Positions 8,793 to 18,544 of a stretch of 64,000 bases of DNA are shown in pieces. Positions within the stretch are counted from its first letter, which is position 1; each line of letters opens with the position of its first letter. The notes beneath the pieces are model-generated. The model was not told the DNA's origin. It saw only the letters and a program-made list of their open reading frames with translations, and ran no database searches. The DNA is from Deltaproteobacteria bacterium (lineage in GTDB: Bacteria; Myxococcota; XYA12-FULL-58-9; JAFGEK01). The translations under genes were made by a program, and so were the position numbers. Location of the stretch: contig JAFGEK010000020.1 in the NCBI GenBank assembly GCA_016931625.1, positions 39,110 through 103,109 on the forward strand, in the 5' to 3' direction.

Positions 8793-10051
8793 GATTGTTC
8801 TCTACCTATGTCACGTCGGTAATGCATACCTTCGAAAGCAATGTATTGCACACCTGCATATGCGGCACTACGCGCTGCAGTAGGGGTGGTACCACGTCCA
8901 ACAATAGCTAATACTCTGCCACCATTGGTAACTATGGTTTCATCACGTTGAGTAACACCTGCAAAATCAATCCAACGAAAAGTATTTTCGCATTGAGATT
9001 CGATTGTGATTGGATCACCAATTTGTGGTTTATCAGGATAACCTTTTGCCGATAGCACCAATGCACAAGTACACCAAGGCTCAATTTCAAAAGACAAGCC
9101 ACCGAGTTCACCAAAGGCTATTCCCTTGCAAAGAGATAAAAATGATCCTGCAGGTAATCGTGGCAAAATAGCTTGAGCTTCAGGATCACCTAGACGTACA
9201 TTAAATTCTATTAATTTTGGTCCAGTTTCGGTGATCATCACCCCGGTATATAGAAAACCAACAAAGGGGGTACCTCGTTTTTCTAATTCAGCCAAAATAG
9301 GTATGACTATTTCATCACGAACGCGTTCTTCAATCTCGATGGTTACCACAGGATTCGGACTAATAGCCCCCATACCACCCGTATTTGGTCCAGTATCTTT
9401 ATCACCAATACGTTTATGGTCTTTAGCATTAGGCAAGGGTAAAGCATGAACACCGTCACAAGCATAAAAGAAAGATGCTTCTATACCAGTAAGACGTTCT
9501 TCAAGAACAATTTCTCGACCGGCATCACCTAATTTGCCGTGTAATAATTCATTGCCGATACTGAGTGCTTCTGCTTTGGTATCAGGTAGAAAGACTCCCT
9601 TGCCACTAGCTAAGCCATCCGCTTTGACTACTGGCACACCCTCCCAAGCATCCATAGCCCATGCAAGCTCAGCTTCTCTACGTGTTACTACAAAGCTTGG
9701 AGAGGGTACATTAACGTCACGCGCTAAATTTCTAGTATAAATCTTCGAACCTTCTAATTGTGCAGCTTGTTGGCTAGGACCAGCGCAGGCAATACCGACT
9801 GCTTTTAGTCGATCGGTAATGCCCAAAACCAAAGAAGTTTCGCCACCGACAATGACAAAATCAACGTGCTCTTTTTGAGCAAGCGCCACTAAACCATCAA
9901 TGTCTTTTACAGCAATATTATGGTTTTTACCAAAATGCGCAGTACCAGCGTTGCCAGGAGCAATAATTAATTCTGGTGCTGGGTTAGCGGTCATCAAGGC
10001 ACGACAAATCGCACTTTCACGGCCACCTTCACCAATGATTAACATTTTCAT
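8789..10051 (-). CDS. purD: Phosphoribosylamine--glycine ligase
   Basis: MKMLIIGEGGRESAICRAL at the N-terminus and an ATP-grasp body. 420 aa. The start overlaps purB by 4 nt, so it is in an operon. Confidence 0.9.
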   Translation of the reverse strand: MKMLIIGEGGRESAICRALMTANPAPELIIAPGNAGTAHFGKNHNIAVKDIDGLVALAQKEHVDFVIVGGETSLVLGITDRLKAVGIACAGPSQQAAQLEGSKIYTRNLARDVNVPSPSFVVTRREAELAWAMDAWEGVPVVKADGLASGKGVFLPDTKAEALSIGNELLHGKLGDAGREIVLEERLTGIEASFFYACDGVHALPLPNAKDHKRIGDKDTGPNTGGMGAISPNPVVTIEIEERVRDEIVIPILAELEKRGTPFVGFLYTGVMITETGPKLIEFNVRLGDPEAQAILPRLPAGSFLSLCKGIAFGELGGLSFEIEPWCTCALVLSAKGYPDKPQIGDPITIESQCENTFRWIDFAGVTQRDETIVTNGGRVLAIVGRGTTPTAARSAAYAGVQYIAFEGMHYRRDIGREQS

Positions 10052-10094
10052 GGATCACTCTTCACGCGCCATGTGGCGCAAGGAAGCTTATAGG

Positions 10095-11507
10095 TCAAGT
10101 CTTACGACCAATGATATCGAGTACCATAGTTTTTCCTTCGCGCCATAGAAAAGGCACGGTCGTCAGTAGATATATAAGCGAAACAAGAATTGGTCGATGC
10201 CAAAAGTGAAGAAGACCTAAGCATAATGCTGCAAGAATAAATAGAATAAACATAATAATTGGTTTTTGACTAAAATGCAGATGCAATTTTTGCCTTGCTA
10301 TTATGATAGGTATCCCACCTTTAAAAACTGAATTTGTTAACATACCAAAAGCAATCGCCAGCATACCATAGCTTGGAATTAGAGATATCCATAATAGGAC
10401 GGTTATACCCAATGCAAACAATGCGGCATAGGCAGTAGTTTTTACATTACCTATTCCGGGCAATGCATTTACAGAAGGAGTGGCAATTACATCGATACAT
10501 GCTGCTGCAATTAGTAAACGAAAAACGAGTAATCTTTCAGCAGTAGGAGTACCTCCACATATTGCAATCAAAGGTTCAGATAATAATACTAATATTGAGC
10601 AAATCGGAACCGTAACTAATAGAAGCCAGTGATTTGCTAAACTAATACTTGAAGAAATTTGGTCGCGATATCCGCCGCCGTCAAGTACAGCCGTATGGGC
10701 GAAAAGAACAGTACGAAGCATACGTGGTAAAAATTGTAATGGCGCTAATAAAGATAGCGACAGAGCTAAATGCGCGGCAGCTCCCATATCTGCTGCGTTA
10801 GGAGTAATAAAAACGGCAAATTCTCTTACTGATAAGGAGGCAGCGGTACCTAAAAGTGCCAATATTGAAAAACTAGCCAATGATTGCCAAGCTACATGGT
10901 TATTTTTAGGGCAAGGTATTACTAGTTCTTTACGAGTAGAATATAGCGTTATTAAGATAAATGTAACATGACCGGTAATGAATGCGAAAAGTAAGAACTG
11001 AGATAAACCAAAGTAAGTTAACATCAACAAAACTATAAAGAAAATAATGCCAACTTTAATTTCACTTTTAGCATAAAAACTAACACGATCAAGTGCATAT
11101 AAAATATTACGAAAGAAGAGATATCCTGCATAGACGGCGCCAATAATCGCGGCTTGTTTAATTAAATCGACATTAATTTTTTGTTTTATCGCTAACGGTT
11201 GTTGATAAATAATCGCCAGTACTACCGATATTGCAGCCAATAGCACAGTACCAGTCAACATTTTGCGATATAACCAAGAGATTGTATCTTGCCGATTTTG
11301 GCCACGAGCTTGAGCGATAAAACGTAAAGCAGTGGGTCCGAATGCCGTTGAAGCAGGTATTGATAATAAAACACCTAACGATAAAGTAACGTTGAGTTCT
11401 CCGGTAATTTGCTCGCCAAAAAATCTTAAAGCAATAGTATTAAAACCAAGACGTGTCAGGCCGATAAGTATAAGGCCGATAGCTGTGAGTAAGGCGTTTT
11501 TTAACAC
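10095..11507 (-). CDS. MOP-superfamily polytopic membrane protein (MurJ/Wzx-like flippase)
   Basis: 470 aa with about 12-14 hydrophobic helices. The N-terminal pattern LGF..ALRFFG....TDAF-like resembles MurJ/polysaccharide-biosynthesis flippases. It sits upstream in the purDBA operon. Confidence 0.5.
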   Translation of the reverse strand: MLKNALLTAIGLILIGLTRLGFNTIALRFFGEQITGELNVTLSLGVLLSIPASTAFGPTALRFIAQARGQNRQDTISWLYRKMLTGTVLLAAISVVLAIIYQQPLAIKQKINVDLIKQAAIIGAVYAGYLFFRNILYALDRVSFYAKSEIKVGIIFFIVLLMLTYFGLSQFLLFAFITGHVTFILITLYSTRKELVIPCPKNNHVAWQSLASFSILALLGTAASLSVREFAVFITPNAADMGAAAHLALSLSLLAPLQFLPRMLRTVLFAHTAVLDGGGYRDQISSSISLANHWLLLVTVPICSILVLLSEPLIAICGGTPTAERLLVFRLLIAAACIDVIATPSVNALPGIGNVKTTAYAALFALGITVLLWISLIPSYGMLAIAFGMLTNSVFKGGIPIIIARQKLHLHFSQKPIIMFILFILAALCLGLLHFWHRPILVSLIYLLTTVPFLWREGKTMVLDIIGRKT

Positions 11508-11807
11508 GCTAATACCTCACGATATCTATCGCCAAGTAGCAGTTATTATGAAACATAAGTCTTAGCCTTACACTATCTTTATCATTTTGCGTGAAACAAA
11601 AAATCTTTATGAATATATTTAAGTAAAGATCGCTTCTGTCCTTTAATAAACTCAAGGTAGTCAAAGTTATGTGATTGTAGTTTTTGCTAGAGCTTTTTAA
11701 TATATCAGCTTTTGTTATGCTGGTTGCGATGAGATATTGGGCGGCCCATAGGTGCTGAATTTTTACCATAGGCAAATCGCTATATACCCAATTTTTTTAA
11801 GGATTGA

Positions 11808-11884
11808 TGGTGGCGATGCGGGGAATCGAACCCTGGACACAGCGGTTATGAGCCGCTTGCTCTAGCCAACTGAGCTACATCGCC
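11808..11884 (-). tRNA. tRNA with a CAU anticodon. Most likely elongator tRNA-Met, possibly lysidine-modified tRNA-Ile2. A 3' CCA is encoded.
   Basis: The reverse complement is GGCGATGTAGCTCAGTTGGCTAGAGCAAGCGGCTCATAACCGCTGTGTCCAGGGTTCGATTCCCCGCATCGCCACCA. It has a 7-bp acceptor stem (G1-C72 paired, so not an initiator tRNA), a D arm GCTC/GAGC, an anticodon loop CTCATAA, and a T loop TTCGATT. There is one A-C mismatch in the T stem. Confidence 0.85.
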
Positions 11885-12144
11885 AGCAAACTGCAATCGA
11901 GCGCTTGATTACGGTAGCTAAACAATTGTGTCAAGTGGGTAATAGTAATTGTAATAATCGCAAGACGCGGCGCGTTAACAAATAATGTTGATTTTTTGTG
12001 GCATAATCCGTCATGCTATATATCAAAGAGTGGTCAAACACTTTTTTAAAGCACGCAAGGAAAAAGGTGGACCTCTTAAGGCGGTAAGGAGGCGACGATC
12101 GCCCAGATTGGCGTTAGTTTCGTTATCGGGACGAGAGGTTCATT

Positions 12145-12181
12145 TGCAGCACTTGTTGTGCTGCAAAGGTGCTTTGCACCT
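12145..12181 (+). promoter_or_regulatory. Two adjacent stem-loops in the long 5' leader of the sigma-factor gene: TGCAGCAC-ttgtt-GTGCTGCA and AGGTGC-ttt-GCACCT
   Basis: Perfect 8-bp and 6-bp inverted repeats read directly from the sequence, with no T-run after them. They sit about 80 nt upstream of the ATG at 12253. Confidence 0.4.
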
Positions 12182-12252
12182 TGCCATGGGGGTGGAGGCG
12201 TGAGTCTTTCGCGCGATGACCGGACGCAGTCCGCGGAGTTGTCGACATAGCC

Positions 12253-13713
12253 ATGGCAAAAAATAATGCTCGTCAAAAAACTGTTGTACATAGACGACGC
12301 CCCAAACTTGCGACAGACACAATTCCAGTATCTAATAGCAGTCGCACTAAACGTTTGCTTGCTATTGAAATGCTTAAAAAAAAGGAAACGCCCGTGTCTC
12401 ATAATCACGAGCGCCGAGCAAAAGCGCCCGCGAAACCAGCTCCTATTTCTGATATTGAACCTACTGCTGAAGAATTAGCTGCTGAGCAGTCGATAATTGA
12501 CGAAGAACTAGAAGGGCGACGTGATCGCCAAACTATAGCAGCTGGCAAAGATCTGCTAGCTAGTTATATGGAACAGCTTAGCCACATTCCATTATTCTCT
12601 CCCGAACAAGAGATGAATAATGCACGAATGCTACAAGATTTAGAGTATAAGACTTGGAATCTAGTGCTTTCATCTCCACGAGCATTAGTGCATGTATGTA
12701 TTGAATCAGCTTCTCTTGAACCGCCGGTACAACAGAAACTTGATAAGTTGTTACAAAATGTTAGACGTGCAGCCTTACGTAGCAAACGTCGCGAACTTAA
12801 AAATTCACCTCTGCGCGATAAACTTGTCGAGTCAGCCATTCGCAGCATGCGTTTTGCTGATTACGATAAAGAAATGCTTGAACGTGTTATTAGGCGATGT
12901 CGTCGAGAGGTTTGGGGAAGACGAGTTCTTGATACAAATCCGGCGTTTCGTTTAACTCATGCGAAACTCGCAGAGATTGAACAAGCACACGGTGCATCTA
13001 TTCGAGCACGCAATAATTTTGTGCGAGCCAATTTACGCCTTGTTGTTAGTGTCGCGCGAAATTTTCATCACCATCGCATTCCTTTTATCGATCTTATTCA
13101 AGAAGGTAATGTTGGTTTGATGAAAGCAGTACATCGCTTTGATCATGAAAGAGGCTTTCGTTTTTCAACCTATGCTCATTGGTGGATTCGGCAATCGATT
13201 GAGCGTGCAATTATCAATAAAGGCTCGCAAGTACGTTTACCGGTACATGTAATTGATTCACGACGGCAGGTTGGTAGAGCCGCAACAAAATTGCAGCAGA
13301 AACTTGGGCGAGCTCCAACCGCCGGTGAACTTTCACGTTCGTTACGTATTCCACAAATAAAAGTTGAACAGATTTTAAATGGGGTACAACAAGATCCAGT
13401 CTCTCTTGATGAACCAGTTGGGGGTGATGATCCTCGAAAATATTTAGATCTAGTACGAGATGATACCAACCCTGGTTTAGATGAAGCAGTTATTCGTGAA
13501 AATACACATGAGCGTGTGCGTGAACTTTTACATATGCTTAATCCTATAGAAAAAGATATTATTCGCCGACGTTTTGGTCTTGGCGACGATAGCGATCAAA
13601 CACTTGATGAAATTGGCAAGATTTACAATCTGTCGCGCGAACGTGTACGACAGATCCAAGCCCAGGGATTAATGAAAATGCGTCGTATGTGTGAACGTCG
13701 CAAAATTAGTTAA
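12253..13713 (+). CDS. Sigma-70 family RNA polymerase sigma factor, RpoD-like (regions 1.2, 2, 3 and 4), with a basic N-terminal tail and a non-conserved insert
   Basis: Region 2: NLRLVVSVARNF...IDLIQEGNVGLMKAVHRFD...FSTYAHWWIRQSIERAI. Region 4.2: LDEIGKIYNLSRERVRQIQAQGLMKMR. These motifs are those of group 1/2 sigma factors. The first ~90 residues are Lys/Arg-rich rather than acidic like region 1.1. Confidence 0.85.
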   Translation: MAKNNARQKTVVHRRRPKLATDTIPVSNSSRTKRLLAIEMLKKKETPVSHNHERRAKAPAKPAPISDIEPTAEELAAEQSIIDEELEGRRDRQTIAAGKDLLASYMEQLSHIPLFSPEQEMNNARMLQDLEYKTWNLVLSSPRALVHVCIESASLEPPVQQKLDKLLQNVRRAALRSKRRELKNSPLRDKLVESAIRSMRFADYDKEMLERVIRRCRREVWGRRVLDTNPAFRLTHAKLAEIEQAHGASIRARNNFVRANLRLVVSVARNFHHHRIPFIDLIQEGNVGLMKAVHRFDHERGFRFSTYAHWWIRQSIERAIINKGSQVRLPVHVIDSRRQVGRAATKLQQKLGRAPTAGELSRSLRIPQIKVEQILNGVQQDPVSLDEPVGGDDPRKYLDLVRDDTNPGLDEAVIRENTHERVRELLHMLNPIEKDIIRRRFGLGDDSDQTLDEIGKIYNLSRERVRQIQAQGLMKMRRMCERRKIS

Positions 13714-13737
13714 ACATCTGTAAAAATCCCAATAAAT

Positions 13738-14799
13738 ATGCAGTATCTTGGCATGTCTAGCATCGTTAGGCAAAAGTATGTTACATGCTTTTTAACGATG
13801 CTAAATCAAGAAAACCTTATATTTATTATTGGTTCGCCGCGCTCAGGCTCTACTTTGTTGCAGCGTATGGTTGGTTCACATTCAAAAATTTTCACCCATC
13901 CAGAACCGCATTTAATTACACCGCTATTTTATTTGGGATATTACACCAATGTAGATAAAGCACCATATGATCATATTAATGCCGCACAAGCGTTACGTGA
14001 GTTTTGTGAAGAATTGCCTAATGGAGAAAATGATTATCTTGAGGCGCTGCGTGCCTATGCTAGTACGCTTTATGAAAAAGTACTTAATGCCAGTGGCAAA
14101 GAGTTCTTTCTTGATAAAACTCCCGCATATGCTTTGGTGTTGCCATTTTTAACGAAGTTATATCCGCAAGCAAAATATATAGTATTAACTAGACACCCTT
14201 TGGCAATTTTACATTCAGTAGCTCATTCATTTTTTGCTGGTGATTATAAAACCGCTGTTGAAACAAATCCGATTATACAACGATACATACCCGCGATTGG
14301 TGCATTTATTCATGAGCGTCCCGTACCATTTGTACACATACGTTACGAAGATTTAGTGAATGAGCCAGAAAAACAGATGCAACATATTTGCGAACACTTA
14401 AGGCTAAGCTATGAACCTGAAACCATAACTTATGGTCAGTATAAACATATTTCAAAGAGTTATGGTGATCCGATGTCAGTAGAAAAGCATCAAAGACCAG
14501 TAGGGGATTCAATAGAAAAGTGGGTGCCTGATTTGCTCGCGCGTCCTAAAGTTATGGCTATTGCCAGAAGGAGTATAGCATCACTTGATGAAGATCATTT
14601 AGCCGCATGGGGATATCCCAAAGAAGAAATTTTTGCTGCATTAAGTAGTGGTAGGGCAAGTCCTACACAAACACCGTTGAATATTTATCGCATTAAACGA
14701 CAAGTTTTATTACATTTGCGTAAAAATATTCACAAGAACCTATTCGGAAAATTAATTAAAAAGATACGCTATTATTGCGATGTTTTACTGCGTACATAG
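13738..14799 (+). CDS. Sulfotransferase-family protein
   Basis: IFIIGSPRSGSTLLQRMV matches the 5'-PSB PAPS-binding loop of sulfotransferases (PKSGTT-like). The start codon is uncertain (13738, 13753 or 13798). Confidence 0.6.
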   Translation: MQYLGMSSIVRQKYVTCFLTMLNQENLIFIIGSPRSGSTLLQRMVGSHSKIFTHPEPHLITPLFYLGYYTNVDKAPYDHINAAQALREFCEELPNGENDYLEALRAYASTLYEKVLNASGKEFFLDKTPAYALVLPFLTKLYPQAKYIVLTRHPLAILHSVAHSFFAGDYKTAVETNPIIQRYIPAIGAFIHERPVPFVHIRYEDLVNEPEKQMQHICEHLRLSYEPETITYGQYKHISKSYGDPMSVEKHQRPVGDSIEKWVPDLLARPKVMAIARRSIASLDEDHLAAWGYPKEEIFAALSSGRASPTQTPLNIYRIKRQVLLHLRKNIHKNLFGKLIKKIRYYCDVLLRT

Positions 14800-15151
14800 G
14801 TGCACCCCCTGATTTTACGAATATTATAATGCTTATGCCACACTGACAATTATTTCGCGCACATGATGTTAGTAATACGGTAGATGTTGCTACATTGCTA
14901 CAGAATAGATATTGCTACAAACAGTTATAATAAAAATATAACTACTCAGCCCTTCAACAGGTAACGGCGCCAGGAAATAACATCAAAGAAACAATCTTAA
15001 GACTGCTATTTATTAGTATCCAAAAGTCAGGATTCAGAATTAAATACAAAATCAACTAAAAATCGGTATTCTGTAACTTTCTAAGTTCTATTAAGCATGC
15101 CTTTAATCATGAAATCCTTTGTTAGGTACGTGCGCCGTCTTACCTAGGCGC

Positions 15152-15598
15152 TTATAATTTTGCTGACGTATCCGTAGTAGTCGTGTTTGTCGACACAGAA
15201 GCAGCGGTTATGGCGGTATTTTCAGCGAGTTTGTTGGGTTTTAGAATTTCGGTGACGGAGGTACGGGATAGAAAGATTAGAAAAAATAATAACATACCAA
15301 TTACTACTGGTTTTACATCCAGCCCATTGGGCACGAGCGTAGCTATAAATATGCCGACGACTAACAATGAATAAATGAAACGTCCCAATTTTTTGAGCAG
15401 CAATAAATTAACCCCTGCCGCAATGAAGGTGAGGCAAAGCAGCAATCTAGCGACGACTTCGATGTCAGTTTTAACACCACCTTTAGAAATAGCGTAGCCC
15501 AGTTGAGCGGTAGCATATCCGAACAATCCAATTATAATAACTGCGATAAAATAGACGTCGCGCTTAGCGCTTTTCTGTTTTTTTGTAAGCTCTGCCAT
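15152..15598 (-). CDS. Hypothetical small membrane protein (about 4 transmembrane helices)
   Basis: Hydrophobic helices throughout. No recognisable family. Confidence 0.4.
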   Translation of the reverse strand: MAELTKKQKSAKRDVYFIAVIIIGLFGYATAQLGYAISKGGVKTDIEVVARLLLCLTFIAAGVNLLLLKKLGRFIYSLLVVGIFIATLVPNGLDVKPVVIGMLLFFLIFLSRTSVTEILKPNKLAENTAITAASVSTNTTTTDTSAKL

Positions 15599-15826
15599 AA
15601 AAACACTTTTATTATGAAATGAGTAACCCTGCTTGCATACACACTGATTTTATAAGACGGTTATTTTTTTTTGCAAGCATCGGTTGAGAGCTTTTGGCGG
15701 CGGACTTCTGTCCCCGTAACTTTAGTGGCATGCACTTTTGAGCAAGAAGATATTGTGTTAGTACAGTAAACCGTGGCCACTGGTGACGGTAATGATTCCA
15801 ATAGAAAACTATTATGTTAAGGGTTA

Positions 15827-18544
15827 GTGTTTCTTAAGAGTACGTGGATGAAAATGACTGAATATGATGTCATAAATGGGCTTAATGAAGCCTATATTCG
15901 TATAGATGCCAAGGGTATTATTACTACTATCAATTACGTTTTTTATGAAATTCTTGGATATGACAATGCAAATGATTTGATAGGTCAATCAGGCGCAATA
16001 ATATGGAAATATCCAAAACAGCGTAGCAAAATGCTTGCAGCCGTTAAAAGAAATGGTTCGATAAAAGATTTTGAAGCAACAGCAATAACTAAAAGTGGCA
16101 CTACATTAGAAGTCTCAATAAGCGCACGCTTAATAAAAGACGCTAAAGGTCATGAAGTAGGGGTAGAAGGAATAGTTCACAATATTAGTAAGCTTAAGTA
16201 TCTTGAAGAACAGTTACGAGACTCTGAAGAGCGCTATCGTTGGCTTTTTGAAGCAGATGCTGATGCAATTTTATTAGTTGATTATGATAGCAATATGATT
16301 ATTGATGCTAATCCAGCCGCATTTCAATTGTATGGTTATACGCGCAAAGAATTATTTGAAAAAAAATATACTTCATTAGCAATCAAATCTGCGGATATCA
16401 AAAATGACCAGTTGATAGAAAAGAAACCAGTACAATTGTGCTGGCATTGCAAAAAGGATGGTACGGTTTTTCCAGTTGAAATTGCTGGCTCTTACCATAC
16501 ATACCTTGGCTGTAAAATTTTTATTGCATCAATTCGTGATGTTACTGAACAACATCGAGTAATTTCAGAAAAAAAGTTAAATGAAGAACGTTTGCAGTTA
16601 GTTGCAGAAGCAGCTGCAATGGGTACTTATAGCTATGATCATGTTTCAAACACGGGAGATTTTTCGCTCGGGTTATTGGCACTTCATGGGCTTGATCCAA
16701 ATGGAGTACTGCCGGTTGGTGAAAATTGGATGGCTGAAGCTGCGATTGCCGAAGATCAAGAAATAGTGCTTGGTGCTTTAGCACAAGCTCGTGATCCAAA
16801 TGGGAATGGTGTCCTACGAGCTGAATTTAGAGTTCGTAGAGCAGATAGCTCGATTCGTTGGTTAATGGCTCGCGGAAGGTCATCTTTTGCCGGACCACCA
16901 GGGCAACGATATCTTGAAACATCAGCTGGTGTGGTGATGGATATCACCGAACGTAAACTTGTAGAAGAAAGTAGAGATAGACTTAATCGCGAACTTCAAG
17001 AAGCAACATCTAGAGCTAGTGTTATGGCAGCTGAAGCCAATCGAGCAAATGCTGCTAAAAGTGAATTTTTAGCAACGATGAGTCATGAGATCCGTACACC
17101 GATGAATGGTGTTATTGGTATGCTTGGACTATTGCTTGACACTAATTTAAGTGACGAACAAAGACGCTATGCAGAAATGGTTCGTTCAAGTGCTGATTCA
17201 TTAATGGCACTGCTAAATGATTTATTAGACTTTTCTAAGATAGAAGCAGGCAAATTAGAGATCGAAAATGTAGATTTTAATATTGATATATTGATTAATG
17301 AAATTAGCCAGTCTTTAATTGTTCCTGCTCATGACAAAGGTTTAAAATATACCTGTTGTGTTGATCCCGCGATTCCTAAAATAATCCATGCAGACGCTGG
17401 TCGCTTACGACAGATTTTGTTAAATCTCGCCGGTAATGCAATAAAATTTACTTCAAATGGTAGCGTATCTATTCGTGCAAATTTTGTAGAAGCTGACGGA
17501 AATAAGGTAATACTTCGTTTTGTAATTAGTGATACAGGCATAGGAATTCCACAAAAAATGCAAAGACTCTTATTTAAGAGTTTTACGCAGCTTGATCCGT
17601 CTCATACGAGAAAATACGGTGGTACAGGGTTAGGTTTAGCTATTTGTAAAAGACTTGTGCAATTAATGGGTGGACAAATAGGTGTTGAAAGTGAAGCAGG
17701 TAAGGGTGCAACATTTTGGTTTACCATTAAAGTAGGCATAGGTTTACATCCTTCTGTATATGTACCTTCTTTAATTAATGAAAGTTTACCTAAAGTTGCA
17801 TCTAACGCGCGTGTTCTTATCGTAGAAGATAATTACACCAATCAGCAATTAGCTCTGGGTATTTTACGTAAGCTTGGTGTCAAAGCTGAAATTGCTAGCA
17901 ATGGCAATGAGGCATTGAAAATACTTGAAAGCAATCCGTTTGATTTAGTGCTAATGGATATCCAAATGCCTGATATTGATGGTTATACGGTAACACGACG
18001 TATTCGTAATGAATCATCATTGGTGCTGAATCATCAAATACCAGTTTTAGCTTTAACAGCAAGTGTGTTAGGTGGAGTAAAAGAAAAATGTCTAGCCGCT
18101 GGTATGAATGATTATATTGCCAAACCTATTACCCCAAGGATTGTTGCCGAGATGCTTGCAAAATGGTTACCAACAGAACCCCAAGCTGAACATGATGAAG
18201 TAATCGCATTTGATCGTGAAGCATTTATGAAAAGAGTATTAAACGACGAAGTTATGGCATATAAAATAATTACTGGTTTTATTGAGGATATGCCTCAATT
18301 AATGCAACACTTATATGATGCAATCAATGCACATGATACAGAGCAAACAGAATTTCGTGCCCACACTATTAAAGGAGCAGCAGCAACGGTTGGAGCAGAA
18401 GGTTTAAAAATAGCTGCTAGTAAAATCGAACAGGCAGCCCGTAATGATGCAATGGTATCGATTGATAAACTTTTTGAAAATCTTAAGCATCAATTACAAA
18501 GATTGAAAATAACCGTTGCCGAATCGTTTAATAACTCTATTTAA
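15827..18544 (+). CDS. Hybrid sensor histidine kinase/response regulator (PAS repeats, HisKA, HATPase, REC, Hpt)
   Basis: [18 protein letters not shown] (the H-box), N/G boxes ([25 protein letters not shown]), a REC domain ([11 protein letters not shown]...[13 protein letters not shown]...KPI) and a C-terminal Hpt ([15 protein letters not shown]). The start is uncertain (GTG 15827, ATG 15848 or 15854). Confidence 0.9.
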   Translation: MFLKSTWMKMTEYDVINGLNEAYIRIDAKGIITTINYVFYEILGYDNANDLIGQSGAIIWKYPKQRSKMLAAVKRNGSIKDFEATAITKSGTTLEVSISARLIKDAKGHEVGVEGIVHNISKLKYLEEQLRDSEERYRWLFEADADAILLVDYDSNMIIDANPAAFQLYGYTRKELFEKKYTSLAIKSADIKNDQLIEKKPVQLCWHCKKDGTVFPVEIAGSYHTYLGCKIFIASIRDVTEQHRVISEKKLNEERLQLVAEAAAMGTYSYDHVSNTGDFSLGLLALHGLDPNGVLPVGENWMAEAAIAEDQEIVLGALAQARDPNGNGVLRAEFRVRRADSSIRWLMARGRSSFAGPPGQRYLETSAGVVMDITERKLVEESRDRLNRELQEATSRASVMAAEANRANAAKSEFLATMSHEIRTPMNGVIGMLGLLLDTNLSDEQRRYAEMVRSSADSLMALLNDLLDFSKIEAGKLEIENVDFNIDILINEISQSLIVPAHDKGLKYTCCVDPAIPKIIHADAGRLRQILLNLAGNAIKFTSNGSVSIRANFVEADGNKVILRFVISDTGIGIPQKMQRLLFKSFTQLDPSHTRKYGGTGLGLAICKRLVQLMGGQIGVESEAGKGATFWFTIKVGIGLHPSVYVPSLINESLPKVASNARVLIVEDNYTNQQLALGILRKLGVKAEIASNGNEALKILESNPFDLVLMDIQMPDIDGYTVTRRIRNESSLVLNHQIPVLALTASVLGGVKEKCLAAGMNDYIAKPITPRIVAEMLAKWLPTEPQAEHDEVIAFDREAFMKRVLNDEVMAYKIITGFIEDMPQLMQHLYDAINAHDTEQTEFRAHTIKGAAATVGAEGLKIAASKIEQAARNDAMVSIDKLFENLKHQLQRLKITVAESFNNSI

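Noticed and set aside
11509-11775. 88-aa minus-strand ORF just upstream of the flippase gene
   Set aside because: No RBS, an odd composition, and it overlaps the likely promoter region of the flippase-purDBA operon. More likely non-coding.
12076-12408. Minus-strand ORFs (110 aa and 60 aa) in the sigma-factor leader
   Set aside because: Antisense to the sigma-factor 5' region and its hairpins, with no support.
16542-16947. Minus-strand ORFs inside the hybrid histidine-kinase gene
   Set aside because: Antisense shadow ORFs inside a confident CDS.
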